A stretch of 64,000 bases of DNA from Eledone cirrhosa (taxonomy: Eukaryota): assembly GCA_964016885.1 (NCBI GenBank), contig OZ024745.1:27032001-27096000 (forward strand), read 5' to 3'. The position numbers and the translations under genes were made by a program. Position 1 is the first letter of the stretch. Each line of letters begins with the position of its first letter. Positions 30,552-40,800 of the stretch are shown here, piece by piece. The notes under the pieces are model-generated. The model worked only from the letters and a program-made list of their open reading frames with translations. It did no database searches and was not told the DNA's origin.

Positions 30552-30602
30552 CATATATGTATATATATACATATATACATATATACATATATGTATATAT
30601 AT

Positions 30603-30675
<73 letters not shown>

Positions 30676-30803
30676 CCTTTTCTTTCACTGAAGAGGCCAT
30701 TCATGTCGTCAAATTTCAAATTGAAAAAAAATTAGGTGTACGCCCAAAAGCTATCGAATACGTGCAGACGTTACAAAAGGATAGATGAGAGGATAAATGA
30801 ACA

Positions 30804-30858
<55 letters not shown>

Positions 30859-31692
30859 TAGGTAGACAGATAGGTAGACAGGTAAACAGACAGACAGACA
30901 GACAGGCATGCAGGCAGCATGGCCAACTTAGAGAAAAGCGGAAACAAGTATAACGAAATATATAGAAAATAAAAGCAAATGTATTCGAGAGTTTTATATA
31001 GAATGACAATATCCGATTCGTTTGCAAGCAAACAGCCTCATTACGCTATGTTTTTTAGATGACCATCACCATCCTTCTCTTCTCGACAATATTTTTTTCT
31101 GGGTTATTGCCCTTTGTCAAGATCGTGTATCCCTCTTCTGTCACTCACTAGAACTCTTGAGAATATTTAGTAATCGCTAAATCGATATGTTTCAAGGAAA
31201 AATGTAGTAACTATTACATAGAAATGTACAGGGTTTCACAGAAAAGCATCAATGAAACGTTGTGATGGTGTGATTTTGATGCCTTTCTCGCAGTCTTAAA
31301 TCAACATATGTTGATTTAAGACTGCACTATTCACAAGTGTGTTTTAACCTTCATATCATGTCTCCCCATTTTATCTGACGAAAACGCAAATGTTATTGCA
31401 TGATGATGTTTGTTTTTGAAATACGCATAATAAAATACATGGAACTCTTTTAACCATCTTTTGATCTTATATATTATTTATACTCCAGTCCTACAAACTG
31501 TAGAGTGCTACTTATCCGATATCTGCATTGCTTTATTGTACTACAATAAAACTTACCTCCTACATATATATATATATTAATAAGAGGAATTCCAACTTTG
31601 TCTGATTTACTCGTTTTATTTACAATCCTTTAAAATTTATAATGGTATTATAATGAAATAGTATGATAGAATATTAAATGTTAAGTGTTAAT

Positions 31693-31731
31693 TGAACAAG
31701 TACTTTCATGCTTTCGCAATCTTCAGGTTCA
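31693..31731 (-). ncRNA. Minimal type I hammerhead ribozyme motif
   Basis: Minus strand: TGAAC/GTTCA, CTGAAGA, TGC-GAAA-GCA stem II, GAAA, palindromic AGTACT, CTT triplet. Confidence 0.75.
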
Positions 31732-31766
31732 TAATGTGTGGTGACAGTCAAGTTTGCAATTTTCAA

Positions 31767-31819
<53 letters not shown>

Positions 31820-31902
31820 AAGTTTTATTTAAATTGTTGGGTTACAACGAGTAAATATTTATAACTGATATAAAAGCACTCAACAAGTATTTGGAGTATA
31901 TT

Positions 31903-32266
31903 TACGATATTAAATAAATGGAAACTATATTTATAAAACCATATTTATTTCATTATATATATTTCAGGGATATCATATTAAAAATATGGTATGCCTTCTT
32001 CAGACAAAATACAATATAAACAGTCTTATAAATAGATAGATTTGACATACCTTTCAACTTCAACTTCCATTTAAAAATCAACTACCAAATCAACTTTTTA
32101 AATGGAAGTTGAAGTTGAAAGGTATGTCAAATCTATCTATTTATAAGACTGTTTATATTGTATTTTGTCTGAAGAAGGCATACCATATTTTTAATATGAT
32201 ATCACTGAAATATATATAATGAAATAAATATGATTTTATAAATATAGTTTCCATTTATTTAATATC

Positions 32267-32269
<3 letters not shown>
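31903..32269. repeat. Fold-back inverted repeat (175-bp arms, 17-bp spacer) with a hammerhead motif in each arm
   Basis: Arms 31903-32077 and 32095-32269; TTTTGT-CTGAAGA-stem II-GAAA-TATATA-TA-ATGAAA at 32163-32224 (+) and 31948-32009 (-). Confidence 0.9.
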
Positions 32270-32327
<58 letters not shown>

Positions 32328-32352
32328 TGTATATGTGTATATATATATATAT

Positions 32353-32523
32353 TAGGAACGATCGACTTTCGTCAAATCGGACCGAGGGAACAATGTTTCC
32401 GTTGGTCTTTCCAATTGCTAATACTATCTATCGGTCGCAACTCCAGGTAGAAGGAGCAACGTGAAATAAAGTGTCTTGCTCAAGGACATAACGCATCGCC
32501 TGGTCCAGGAATCGAACTCACGA
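32353..32523 (-). mobile_element. tRNA-derived SINE, family 2
   Basis: Reverse complement GTGAGTTCGATTCCTGGACC...GTCCTTGAGCAAGACACTTTATTTCACGTTGCTCC; homologues at 58050-58255 (+) and 61137-61230 (-). Confidence 0.8.
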
Positions 32524-32549
32524 TATATATCGAACTCACAATATATATA

Positions 32550-32846
32550 TATATTGAAAGGATAACAAGGACGATTGGTTACTCCTTCATTACATTTATT
32601 TGTAGGTGATGCGCGTTTGCCGATTATTGAGTCGGGTAAGATCGATACAGATCGAACCTTGAGCTGATCAGTGGCGAAACACGCGTCACCTACCAATAAA
32701 TGTAATGAAGGAGTAACCAATAGTCCTTGTTATCCTTTCGATATATTACACTCTGTATGGCTCTACACCTCAACACAGAAGTGAACCTAAACATCGAGTG
32801 CTCTCCCGGGTTAACCTGCAGTAACTCCAACTTACAGTCCCTGGAT
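32550..32846 (+). mobile_element. Hammerhead-bearing repeat fragment with an inverted 5' copy (arms 32550-32621 and 32673-32746)
   Basis: 32628-32846 is homologous to 61787-61995; the upstream arm is its reverse complement. Confidence 0.75.
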
Positions 32847-33204
32847 ATATATATGATATAGGAATGAGCTGGTGGTGGAGGAGGTTGCTGTTATTGTAAG
32901 AGGTAGATGGTGGTGGTGGTGGTGGTGGTGGTGGTGTGTTAGTAGAAACGCTCGCTTAGTGTCAATAACGACAGACAGGCAGGTAAGATTGGATAGGTAA
33001 GAAACATGAGAGAAGAGAGACGTGGTGTGATGTGAGCGGGGGAGGGACGGGAGGGGACGTGCTGTGATGTGAGAGGAAGGGAGGAGATGTGGTGTGATGT
33101 GAAAGGAAGGGAGGAGAGAAATAACAAAGTGAAGGTGGAGGAGGTGGTGAGATGGGAAGGTGGGTGTGAAAGTAATCATAATACATCCGGTGGTTGCTAT
33201 TGTG

Positions 33205-33680
33205 TTATGTGTATATATATGTATGTATGTATGTATGTATGCATGTATGTATGTATGTATGTATGTATGTATGTATATATGTATGTATGTATGTATGTAT
33301 GCATGTATGTATGTATGTATGTATGTATGTATATATGTATGTATGTATGTATATATGTATGTATGTATGAATGTAGGTATGTATATATGTATATATGTAT
33401 GTATATATATATATATGTATGTATGTATGTATACATGTATATATGTATGTATATATGTATATATATATGTATGAATGTATGTATATATATATATATGTAT
33501 GTATGTATGTATACATGTATATATGTATGTATGTATGTATACATGTATATATGTATGTATGTATGTATACATGTATATATGTATGTATGTATGTATACAT
33601 GTATATATGTATGTATGTATGTATATATGTATATATGTATGTATGAATGGATGGATGTATGTATGTATGTATGAACATGT

Positions 33681-33714
<34 letters not shown>

Positions 33715-33895
33715 TGTATGTATGTATGTATGTATGTACGTATGTATGTATATATGTGTGTGTGTGTGTATGCCCGTGTATGCATGTTTGCAATATTTAT
33801 GTTTGTATGAATGTATATGTGTGATCTGTCTGTCTGTCTGTCTCGATGTATGTATGTATGTATGTATGTATGTATGTATGTATGTATGTATGTAT
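33205..33895. repeat. (TATG)n-dominated microsatellite array
   Basis: Direct inspection. Confidence 0.95.
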
Positions 33896-34415
33896 GTGCT
33901 ACTGGTAACATGTAACTCAGTACAACCTGTCATATGGTCGGGTCGTTAGCGACTAAACCGGCAACCCCACCAAGTTTACTTGGTGGGGAGGGTGATTTGG
34001 GACATCCTGCAGGACAAAAAACAAAACTTGACAAAGGGCGGAAGAACTCATAAGAGTGAACGGCCATCCAAAAGTGTGTAAATATGTATATACACATGTA
34101 CCGCGTGGTTAAACGACTGGGAGTGAAGGACCCGTAGCCTTTGTCAGGGCATTCTTCTAGGAGAGGGGAACTCAGGAAACTGGGATAACTCCGATATAAA
34201 ACCTACGGCTCAGTAGTTACCGATGATGTTGTTCTTTTCCTTCTTTCCGAGTTATAGCTACTGTCGCTCAGAGAGTGGGATTGGCTCAGTGCACAGTCTT
34301 TCCTCACTTTAAAAAATATCTTCACGCACAGACATTGCACGATACAATTAATTAATAATTATTAATAATGGTATATCGTGCAATGGTCATACTCAATAAC
34401 GAGGGGGCAGCCATC
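33896..34415 (+). mobile_element. Short non-autonomous RTE-derived element (5'UTR-like part plus 3' end)
   Basis: Homologous to 36908-37500 (GTGCTACTGGTAACATG, CTAGGAGA..AACTC, TACTC..AACGAG..GGCAGCCA). Confidence 0.6.
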
Positions 34416-34878
34416 ATATTTGTATCAGGGGCGGCGGTGGAATCATTTCTGAATTGTTTTTTTTTTGTAGGGGGGGGGGGGGGGGGTCAAATTTGTACAA
34501 TTTAAAAAGGTCAGAAAACTTTGATATGTGATAAACATAACATGTACATAAATTGTAGAGCCTATCCAAATAGATGTGATCAATGTGTGTTTTGGTAGTT
34601 AGGGGAGAAAATATAATTATTGACACAGTTCCACTGCCTCTGTATATAACTATTTTTTTTTAAATTATGCTCTGTGCCCTTTCCTAAGGGGTTAATATAT
34701 CGAGCTTCTTTGCATTTGGTAAGAAACTGGTATTATACCCAATTTATTCATCCTAATGATTTCTCACGAATGAAACAGTTCTAGTCCCGTAGAAGCTCTT
34801 CTATATTAAAACATTTATACTCTGCTATGTATTGAGTACGTTACTTACTGTGGTTAGCCCCGATTCAACCCGGAATAA

Positions 34879-34933
<55 letters not shown>

Positions 34934-35284
34934 TCATTTATTGTGGCTATTGGTGAGCTTTGTTACTCTAAAGTTTAACTGCGCCCTCACAGGATCACCA
35001 GTCCTGTCTGGTGGGTACGCAGGTAAGACTCCAGAGTAACAACACTTAGCCTAATAAATGAATATTTAAACTTTAATTCGGTATTGAGTTTTCATTCTGA
35101 CGTCCGTCAATAATTCACGTACTCTCAGGTATTGAATAATCACACACACACACACACACCACCACCACCACCCGTTGATAGAAACAACTGGAATACTCAT
35201 CGAACAAACCAACTGAGGTCCATTCCATTTTGGGTGCACATGTAGAAATGTTTCTATAACTACGTGTGTTTATGCAGGTATTAC

Positions 35285-36060
35285 ATGTTAAACCAGGAAT
35301 GTTTTACATATTTTCACATGGCTATTAATGACTTGTAATTTCCTGACTAGCTGTGATTTTCCTGGTGTATGAAGCCCAGCTTCTCAAGATTTGTGCTGAA
35401 GTAGTTAGTAACATATGCAAATGCTCCAATGATAAAAAGTACAAATTTAAAGGTATATTCAGGATGGATTATCTGCAGGTCTCTTATTAGTTCGGCATTT
35501 ATGTTCTCCTTTTTATTGATCTTTAACATCATATTAACATCTGTTGGACAGCTGATTTCCAATACTGCACGTGTCTTCTCTTCTTTGTCCCACATCATTT
35601 ATGTCTAGTCTTCTATGGCAACATTTTACTATGCTTTTGACAGGAACATCTCACAATTCGCTGTAACATTTTATATTTTTTATCCCCAGGACTATTCTTT
35701 CTGCGGATTGCAATATATAGTGTTTTAGCCCCTACTTCTTACCTAATATGATGACATATTCAACGAACAGCCCATGGTGTGGGTGACGTCCTCCAGTTTT
35801 GCTTCAGGTCTTTTACTTACATATCTATCCATTTCGTGCATCAGGTGCTTCGTTGGTATTTCCTGTTTCTGTATTACTAAAGCATATCCTTGAAAGTGAG
35901 AGCTAATATATCGATTGTTCCTCTAAGATGACAACTTTATTTATATTACCCTCAGCTTCACGCTTTCCAACATATCAATTCATGACTTTCTGCTGATAAA
36001 CACATACACCCTTTCATCTGTTTTGGAACTGTTGTTAAATTTCTTCCTCCCTTTTTACCT
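35285..36060 (-). pseudogene. Decayed RLE-type non-LTR retrotransposon (R4/Dong-like) C-terminal region
   Basis: WDKEEKTRAVLEISCPTDVN...KENI...FIIGAFAYV (restriction-like endonuclease); upstream frames SHFQGYALVIQKQEIPTK and EDVTHTMGC. Confidence 0.7.
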
Positions 36061-36124
36061 TTTAGGTAGAGGCGATCAAAATCACTGTTAACGTGCTAAT
36101 TTCCAATACTGGTTAGAAATTGTC

Positions 36125-36893
36125 ATGTATGTATATGTGCAGGTATTATGTATGTATGTATGTATGTATGTGTGTAGGTAGGTAGGTAAGTAGGTAGGTA
36201 GGTAGGTAGGTAGGTAGGTATGTATGTGTGTGTGTGTGTGTGTGTGTAGGTATGTATGTATGTATGTATGTAGGTAGGTAGGTAGGTAGGTAGGTAGGTA
36301 GGTAGGTAGGTAGGTAGGTATGTATGTATGTAGGTAGGTAGGTATGTATGTATGATTGTATGTGTGTAGGTAGGTAGGTATGTATCTAGGTAGGTAGGTA
36401 GGTAGGTAGGTAGGTAGGTATGTATGCATGTGTGTGTGTAGGTAGGTAGGTATGTGTGTGCAGGTATGTATGTATGTGTGTAAGTATTTATGTATGTAGG
36501 TAGGTAGGTATGTATGTATGTATATATGTATGTGTGTATGTATGTATGTATGTATGTATGTATGTGTGTATGTATGTATGTATGTATGTATGTGTGTATG
36601 TATGTATGTATGTATGTATGTATGTATGTGTGTATGTATGTATGTATGTATGTGTGTATGTATGTATGTATGTATGTATGTATGTGTGTATGTATGTGTG
36701 TATGTATGTATGTATGTGTGTATGTATGTATGTATGTATGTATGTGTGTATGTATGTATGTATGTATGTGTGTATGTATGTATGTATGTATGTATGTGTG
36801 TATGTATGTGTGTATGTATGTATGTATGTATGTGTGTATGTATGTATGTATGTATGTATGTATGTATGTATGTATGTATGTATGTATGTATGT
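36125..36893. repeat. (TAGG)n/(TATG)n microsatellite array
   Basis: Direct inspection. Confidence 0.95.
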
Positions 36894-37500
36894 CAGGTCA
36901 CCACTTGGTGCTACTGGTAACATGTATCCCAGTGCAACCTGTCTCATGGTCGGGTCGTTGGCGACTAAACTGTCAACCCCGCCAAGGTTTCTTGGTGAGG
37001 TGGGTGACTTTGGACATCCTGCAGGACTAAAAACAAAACCTGTCAAAGGGCAAAGGAGCTCTTAAGAGTCAATGGCCATCCAAAATCACCGGGGGAGATG
37101 ACCCCTTAGCCTTTGTCAAGGCAGAATTCTAGGAGAAGGAAAACTCTGATATAACACCTGCAACCCTGATGGTATCCAATGATGTTGACTTGTTCTTCTT
37201 TTTGGTAAATATCATCTTGGTTAAGAGAGTGGGACTGGCTTTGTGCAGTGCCTTTGCTCACTATAAAAGCTTCACGGCACAGGCACTGCTTTATATCTGG
37301 AGATCTCTCTGCATTTGTCGTCACATGGTACCATTGGCCCAGCACTATGTGTCGATAATTGTCACAAGTGTAGTGTTTGTACCAGAGTTTTCAAGTCGCT
37401 GGGTGGACTAAAAAGTCACACTCGTTCAGCGCATCGGTAGGGGTTCTCCTACATGGATATAAAGTAGTGGCCGTACTCGAAAACGAGTTGGCAGCCACCA
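36894..37500 (+). mobile_element. Short non-autonomous RTE-derived element retaining the C-terminal C2H2 finger, embedded in (TATG)n
   Basis: 37363-37440 translates HKCSVCTRVFKSLGGLKSHTRSAHR*; 5' part shared with 33896; (TATG)n on both sides. Confidence 0.65.
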
Positions 37501-37761
37501 TGTATGTATGTATGTATGTATGTATGTGTGTATGTATGTATGTATGTATGTATGTATGTATGTGTGTATGTATGTATATATGTATGTATGTATGTATGTG
37601 TGTATGTGTGTATGTATGTATGTATGTATGTATGTATATATGTATGTATGCATGTATGTATGTATGTATGTATGTATGTATATATGTATGTATGTATGTA
37701 TGTTTGCTAAAGGGTGGTTCACTCACGAAAATGAAATCAGAAGAAAAAGGAAGAAATAAAA

Positions 37762-40381
37762 GTGGTGGTGGTGGTGGCGGTAGTGCCGTTGTTGCTGCTG
37801 TTGGCGGTGGTGGTGGTGGTGGTGGTGGCGGTGTGGTGGTGGTGGTGGTGTGGTGGTGGTGGTGGTGGTGGTGGTGGTGGTGGTGGTGGTGGTGGTGGTG
37901 GTGGTGGTGGTGGTGGTGGTGGTGGTGGTGGTGGTGGTGGTGGTGGTGGTGGTGGTGGTGGTGGTGGTGGCAGTGGTGGTGGTGGTGGTGGTGGTGGTGG
38001 TGTGGTGTGGTGGTGTGGTGGTGGTGGTGGTGGTGTGGTGGTGGTGGTGGTGTGGTGGTGGTGGTGGTGGTGTGGTGGTGGTGGTGGTGGTGGTGGTAAT
38101 GGTGGTGGTGTGGTGGTGGTGGTGGTGGTGGTGTGGTGGTGGTGGTGGTGGTGGTGTGGTGGTGGTGGTGGTGGGGTGGTGGTGGTGGTGGTGGTGGTGG
38201 TGGTGGTGGTGGTGGTGGTGGTGGTGGTGGTGGTGGTGGTGGTGGTGGTGGTGTGGTGGTGGTGGTGGTGGTGGTGGTGGTGTGGTGGTGGTGGTGGTGG
38301 TGGTGGTGGTGGTGTGGTGGTGGTGGTGGTGGTGTGGTGGTGGTGGTGGTGGTGGTGGTGGTGGTGGTGGTGGTGGTGGTGGTGGTGGTGGTGGTGGTGG
38401 TGGTGGTGGTGGTGGTGGTGGTGGTGGCGGCGGTGGTGGTGGTGGTGGTGGTGGTGTGGTGGTGGTGGTGGTGGTGGTGTGGTGGTGGTGGTGGTGGTGG
38501 TGTAGTGGTGGTGTGGTGGTGGTGGTGGTGGTGTGGTGGTGGTGGTGGTGGTGGTGGTGGTGGTGGTGGTGGTGGTGGTGTGGTTGTGGTGTAGTGGTGG
38601 TGTGGTGGTGGTGGTGGTGGTGTGGTGGTGGTGGTGGTGGTGTGGTGGTGGTGGTGGTGGTGGTGGTGGTGGTGGTGGTGGTGGCAGTGGTGGTGGTGGT
38701 GGTGGTGGTGGTGGTGGTGGTGGTGGTGGTGTGGTGGTGGTGGTGGTGGTGTGGTGGTGGTGGTGGTGGTGGTGGTGGTGGTGGCAGTGGTGGTGGTGGT
38801 GGTGGTGGTGGTGGTGGTGGTGTGGTGGTGGTGGTGTGGTGGTGGTGGTGGTGTGGTGTGGTGGTGGTGTGTGGTGTGGTGGTGGTGTGGTGTGGTGGTG
38901 GTGTGGTGTGGTGGTGGTGGTGGTGTGGTGTGGTGGTGTGGTGTGGTGGTGGTGGTGGTGTGGTGTGGTGGTGTGGTGGTGGTGGTGGTGGTGGTGGTGG
39001 TGGCGGCGGTGGTGGTGGTGGTGGTGGTGGCAGTGGTGGTGGTGGTGGTGGTGGTGGTGGTGGTGGTGTGGTGGTGGTGGTGTGGTGGTGGTGGTGGTGT
39101 GGTGTGGTGGTGGTGTGGTGTGGTGGTGGTGTGGTGTGGTGGTGGTGTGGTGTGGTGGTGGTGTGGTGTGGTGGTGGTGGTGGTGTGGTGTGGTGGGTGG
39201 TGTGGTGGTGGTGGTGGTGGTGGTGTGGTGTGGTGGTGGTGGTGGTGTGGTGTGGTGGTGTGGTGTGGTGGTGGTGGTGGTGTGGTGTGGTGGTGTGGTG
39301 GTGGTGGTGGTGGTGGTGGTGGTGGCGGCGGTGGTGGTGGTGGTGGTGGTGGCAGTGGTGGTGGTGGTGGTGGTGGTGGTGGTGGTGGTGTGGTGGTGGT
39401 GGTGTGGTGGTGGTGGTGGTGTGGTGTGGTGGTGGTGTGGTGTGGTGGTGGTGTGGTGTGGTGGTGGTGTGGTGTGGTGGTGGTGTGGTGTGGTGTGGTG
39501 GTGGTGTGGTGTGGTGGTGGTGTGGTGTGGTGGTGGTGTGGTGTGGTGGTGGTGGTGGTGTGGTGGTGGTGGTGGTGGTGGTGTGGTGTGGTGGTGTGGT
39601 GTGGTGGTGGTGGTGGTGTGGTGTGGTGGTGTGGTGGTGGTGGTGGTGGTGGTGGTGGTGGCGGCGGTGGTGGTGGTGGTGGTGGTGGCAGTGGTGGTGG
39701 TGGTGGTGGTGGTGGTGGTGGTGGTGGTGGTGGTGGTGGTGTGGTGGTGGTGGTGGTGTGGTGTGGTGGTGGTGTGGTGTGGTGGTGGTGTGGTGTGGTG
39801 GTGGGTGTGGTGTGGTGGTGGTGTGGTGTGGTGGTGGTGGTGGTGTGGTGTGGTGGTGTGGTGTGGTGGTGGTGGTGGTGTGGTGTGGTGGTGTGGTGGT
39901 GGTGGTGGTGGTGGTGGTGGTGGCGGCGGTGGTGGTGGTGGTGGTGGTGGCAGTGGTGGTGGTGGTGGTGGTGGTGGTGGTGGTGGTGGTGTGGTGGTGG
40001 TGGTGTGGTGGTGGTGGTGGTGTGGTGTGGTGGTGGTGTGGTGTGGTGGTGGTGTGGTGTGGTGGTGGTGTGGTGTGGTGGTGGTGTGGTGTGGTGGTGG
40101 TGGTGGTGTGGTGTGGTGGTGTGGTGTGGTGGTGGTGGTGGTGTGGTGTGGTGGTGTGGTGGTGGTGGTGGTGGTGGTGGTGGTGGCGGCGGTGGTGGTG
40201 GTGGTGGTGGTGGCAGTGGTGGTGGTGGTGGTGGTGGTGGTGGTGGTGGTGGTGTGGTGGTGGTGGTGTGGTGGTGGTGGTGGTGTGGTGTGGTGGTGGT
40301 GTGGTGTGGTGGTGGTGTGGTGTGGTGGTGGTGTGGTGTGGTGGTGGTGGTGGTGTGGTGTGGTGGTGTGGTGGTGGTGGT
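37762..40381. repeat. 2.6-kb (GGT)n/(GTGGT)n array with higher-order periodicity
   Basis: GGCGGCGGT...GGCAGT marker recurs at about 39002, 39324, 39660, 39921 and 40185. Confidence 0.95.
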
Positions 40382-40478
40382 TGCCAATTGAAGCAATGAA
40401 TAAATCTGCATCTACAAATTAACAGAGAGTCAGACAGACAGGCAGGAATATCAACAGACGAACAGACAGATAGACAGA

Positions 40479-40514
<36 letters not shown>

Positions 40515-40800
40515 TAGACAGATAGACAGATAGATATGTTTCTTTTATTTGCCACTAGGGCATCAAAAGTGGGACAAGTACAAAGGGGGGAGTTTACACA
40601 AAAAGGCGTCCTCAATAAGGAGGAGGCAATAACAAAATATAAAAATAAAATAAAATATAACAAAAAATAAAATTTTTAACAAAATCCTCAATAGAGAGGA
40701 GGCGCCTTGGGGGTCGCACACACCCCCCGAAAAAAGTGTGCAACCCTTCTCCTCAGGAGCACAGAGAAGGGGTGCTCCCTTGGTCTTTCATCTTCCTCAC

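Noticed and set aside
36925-36975. Possible HDV-like ribozyme at the RTE-derived 5' end (CAGT...GG-TCG/CGA-CTAA-ACTG)
   Set aside because: P2, P4 and J4/2-like parts fit, but I could not build P1 or a correct P3/L3; it needs a descriptor search on the family consensus.
37377-40422. Up to 1006-aa Pro/His/Thr or Gly/Val/Trp ORFs
   Set aside because: Translation of (GGT)n; open in most frames. Also not a TTAGGG telomeric array.
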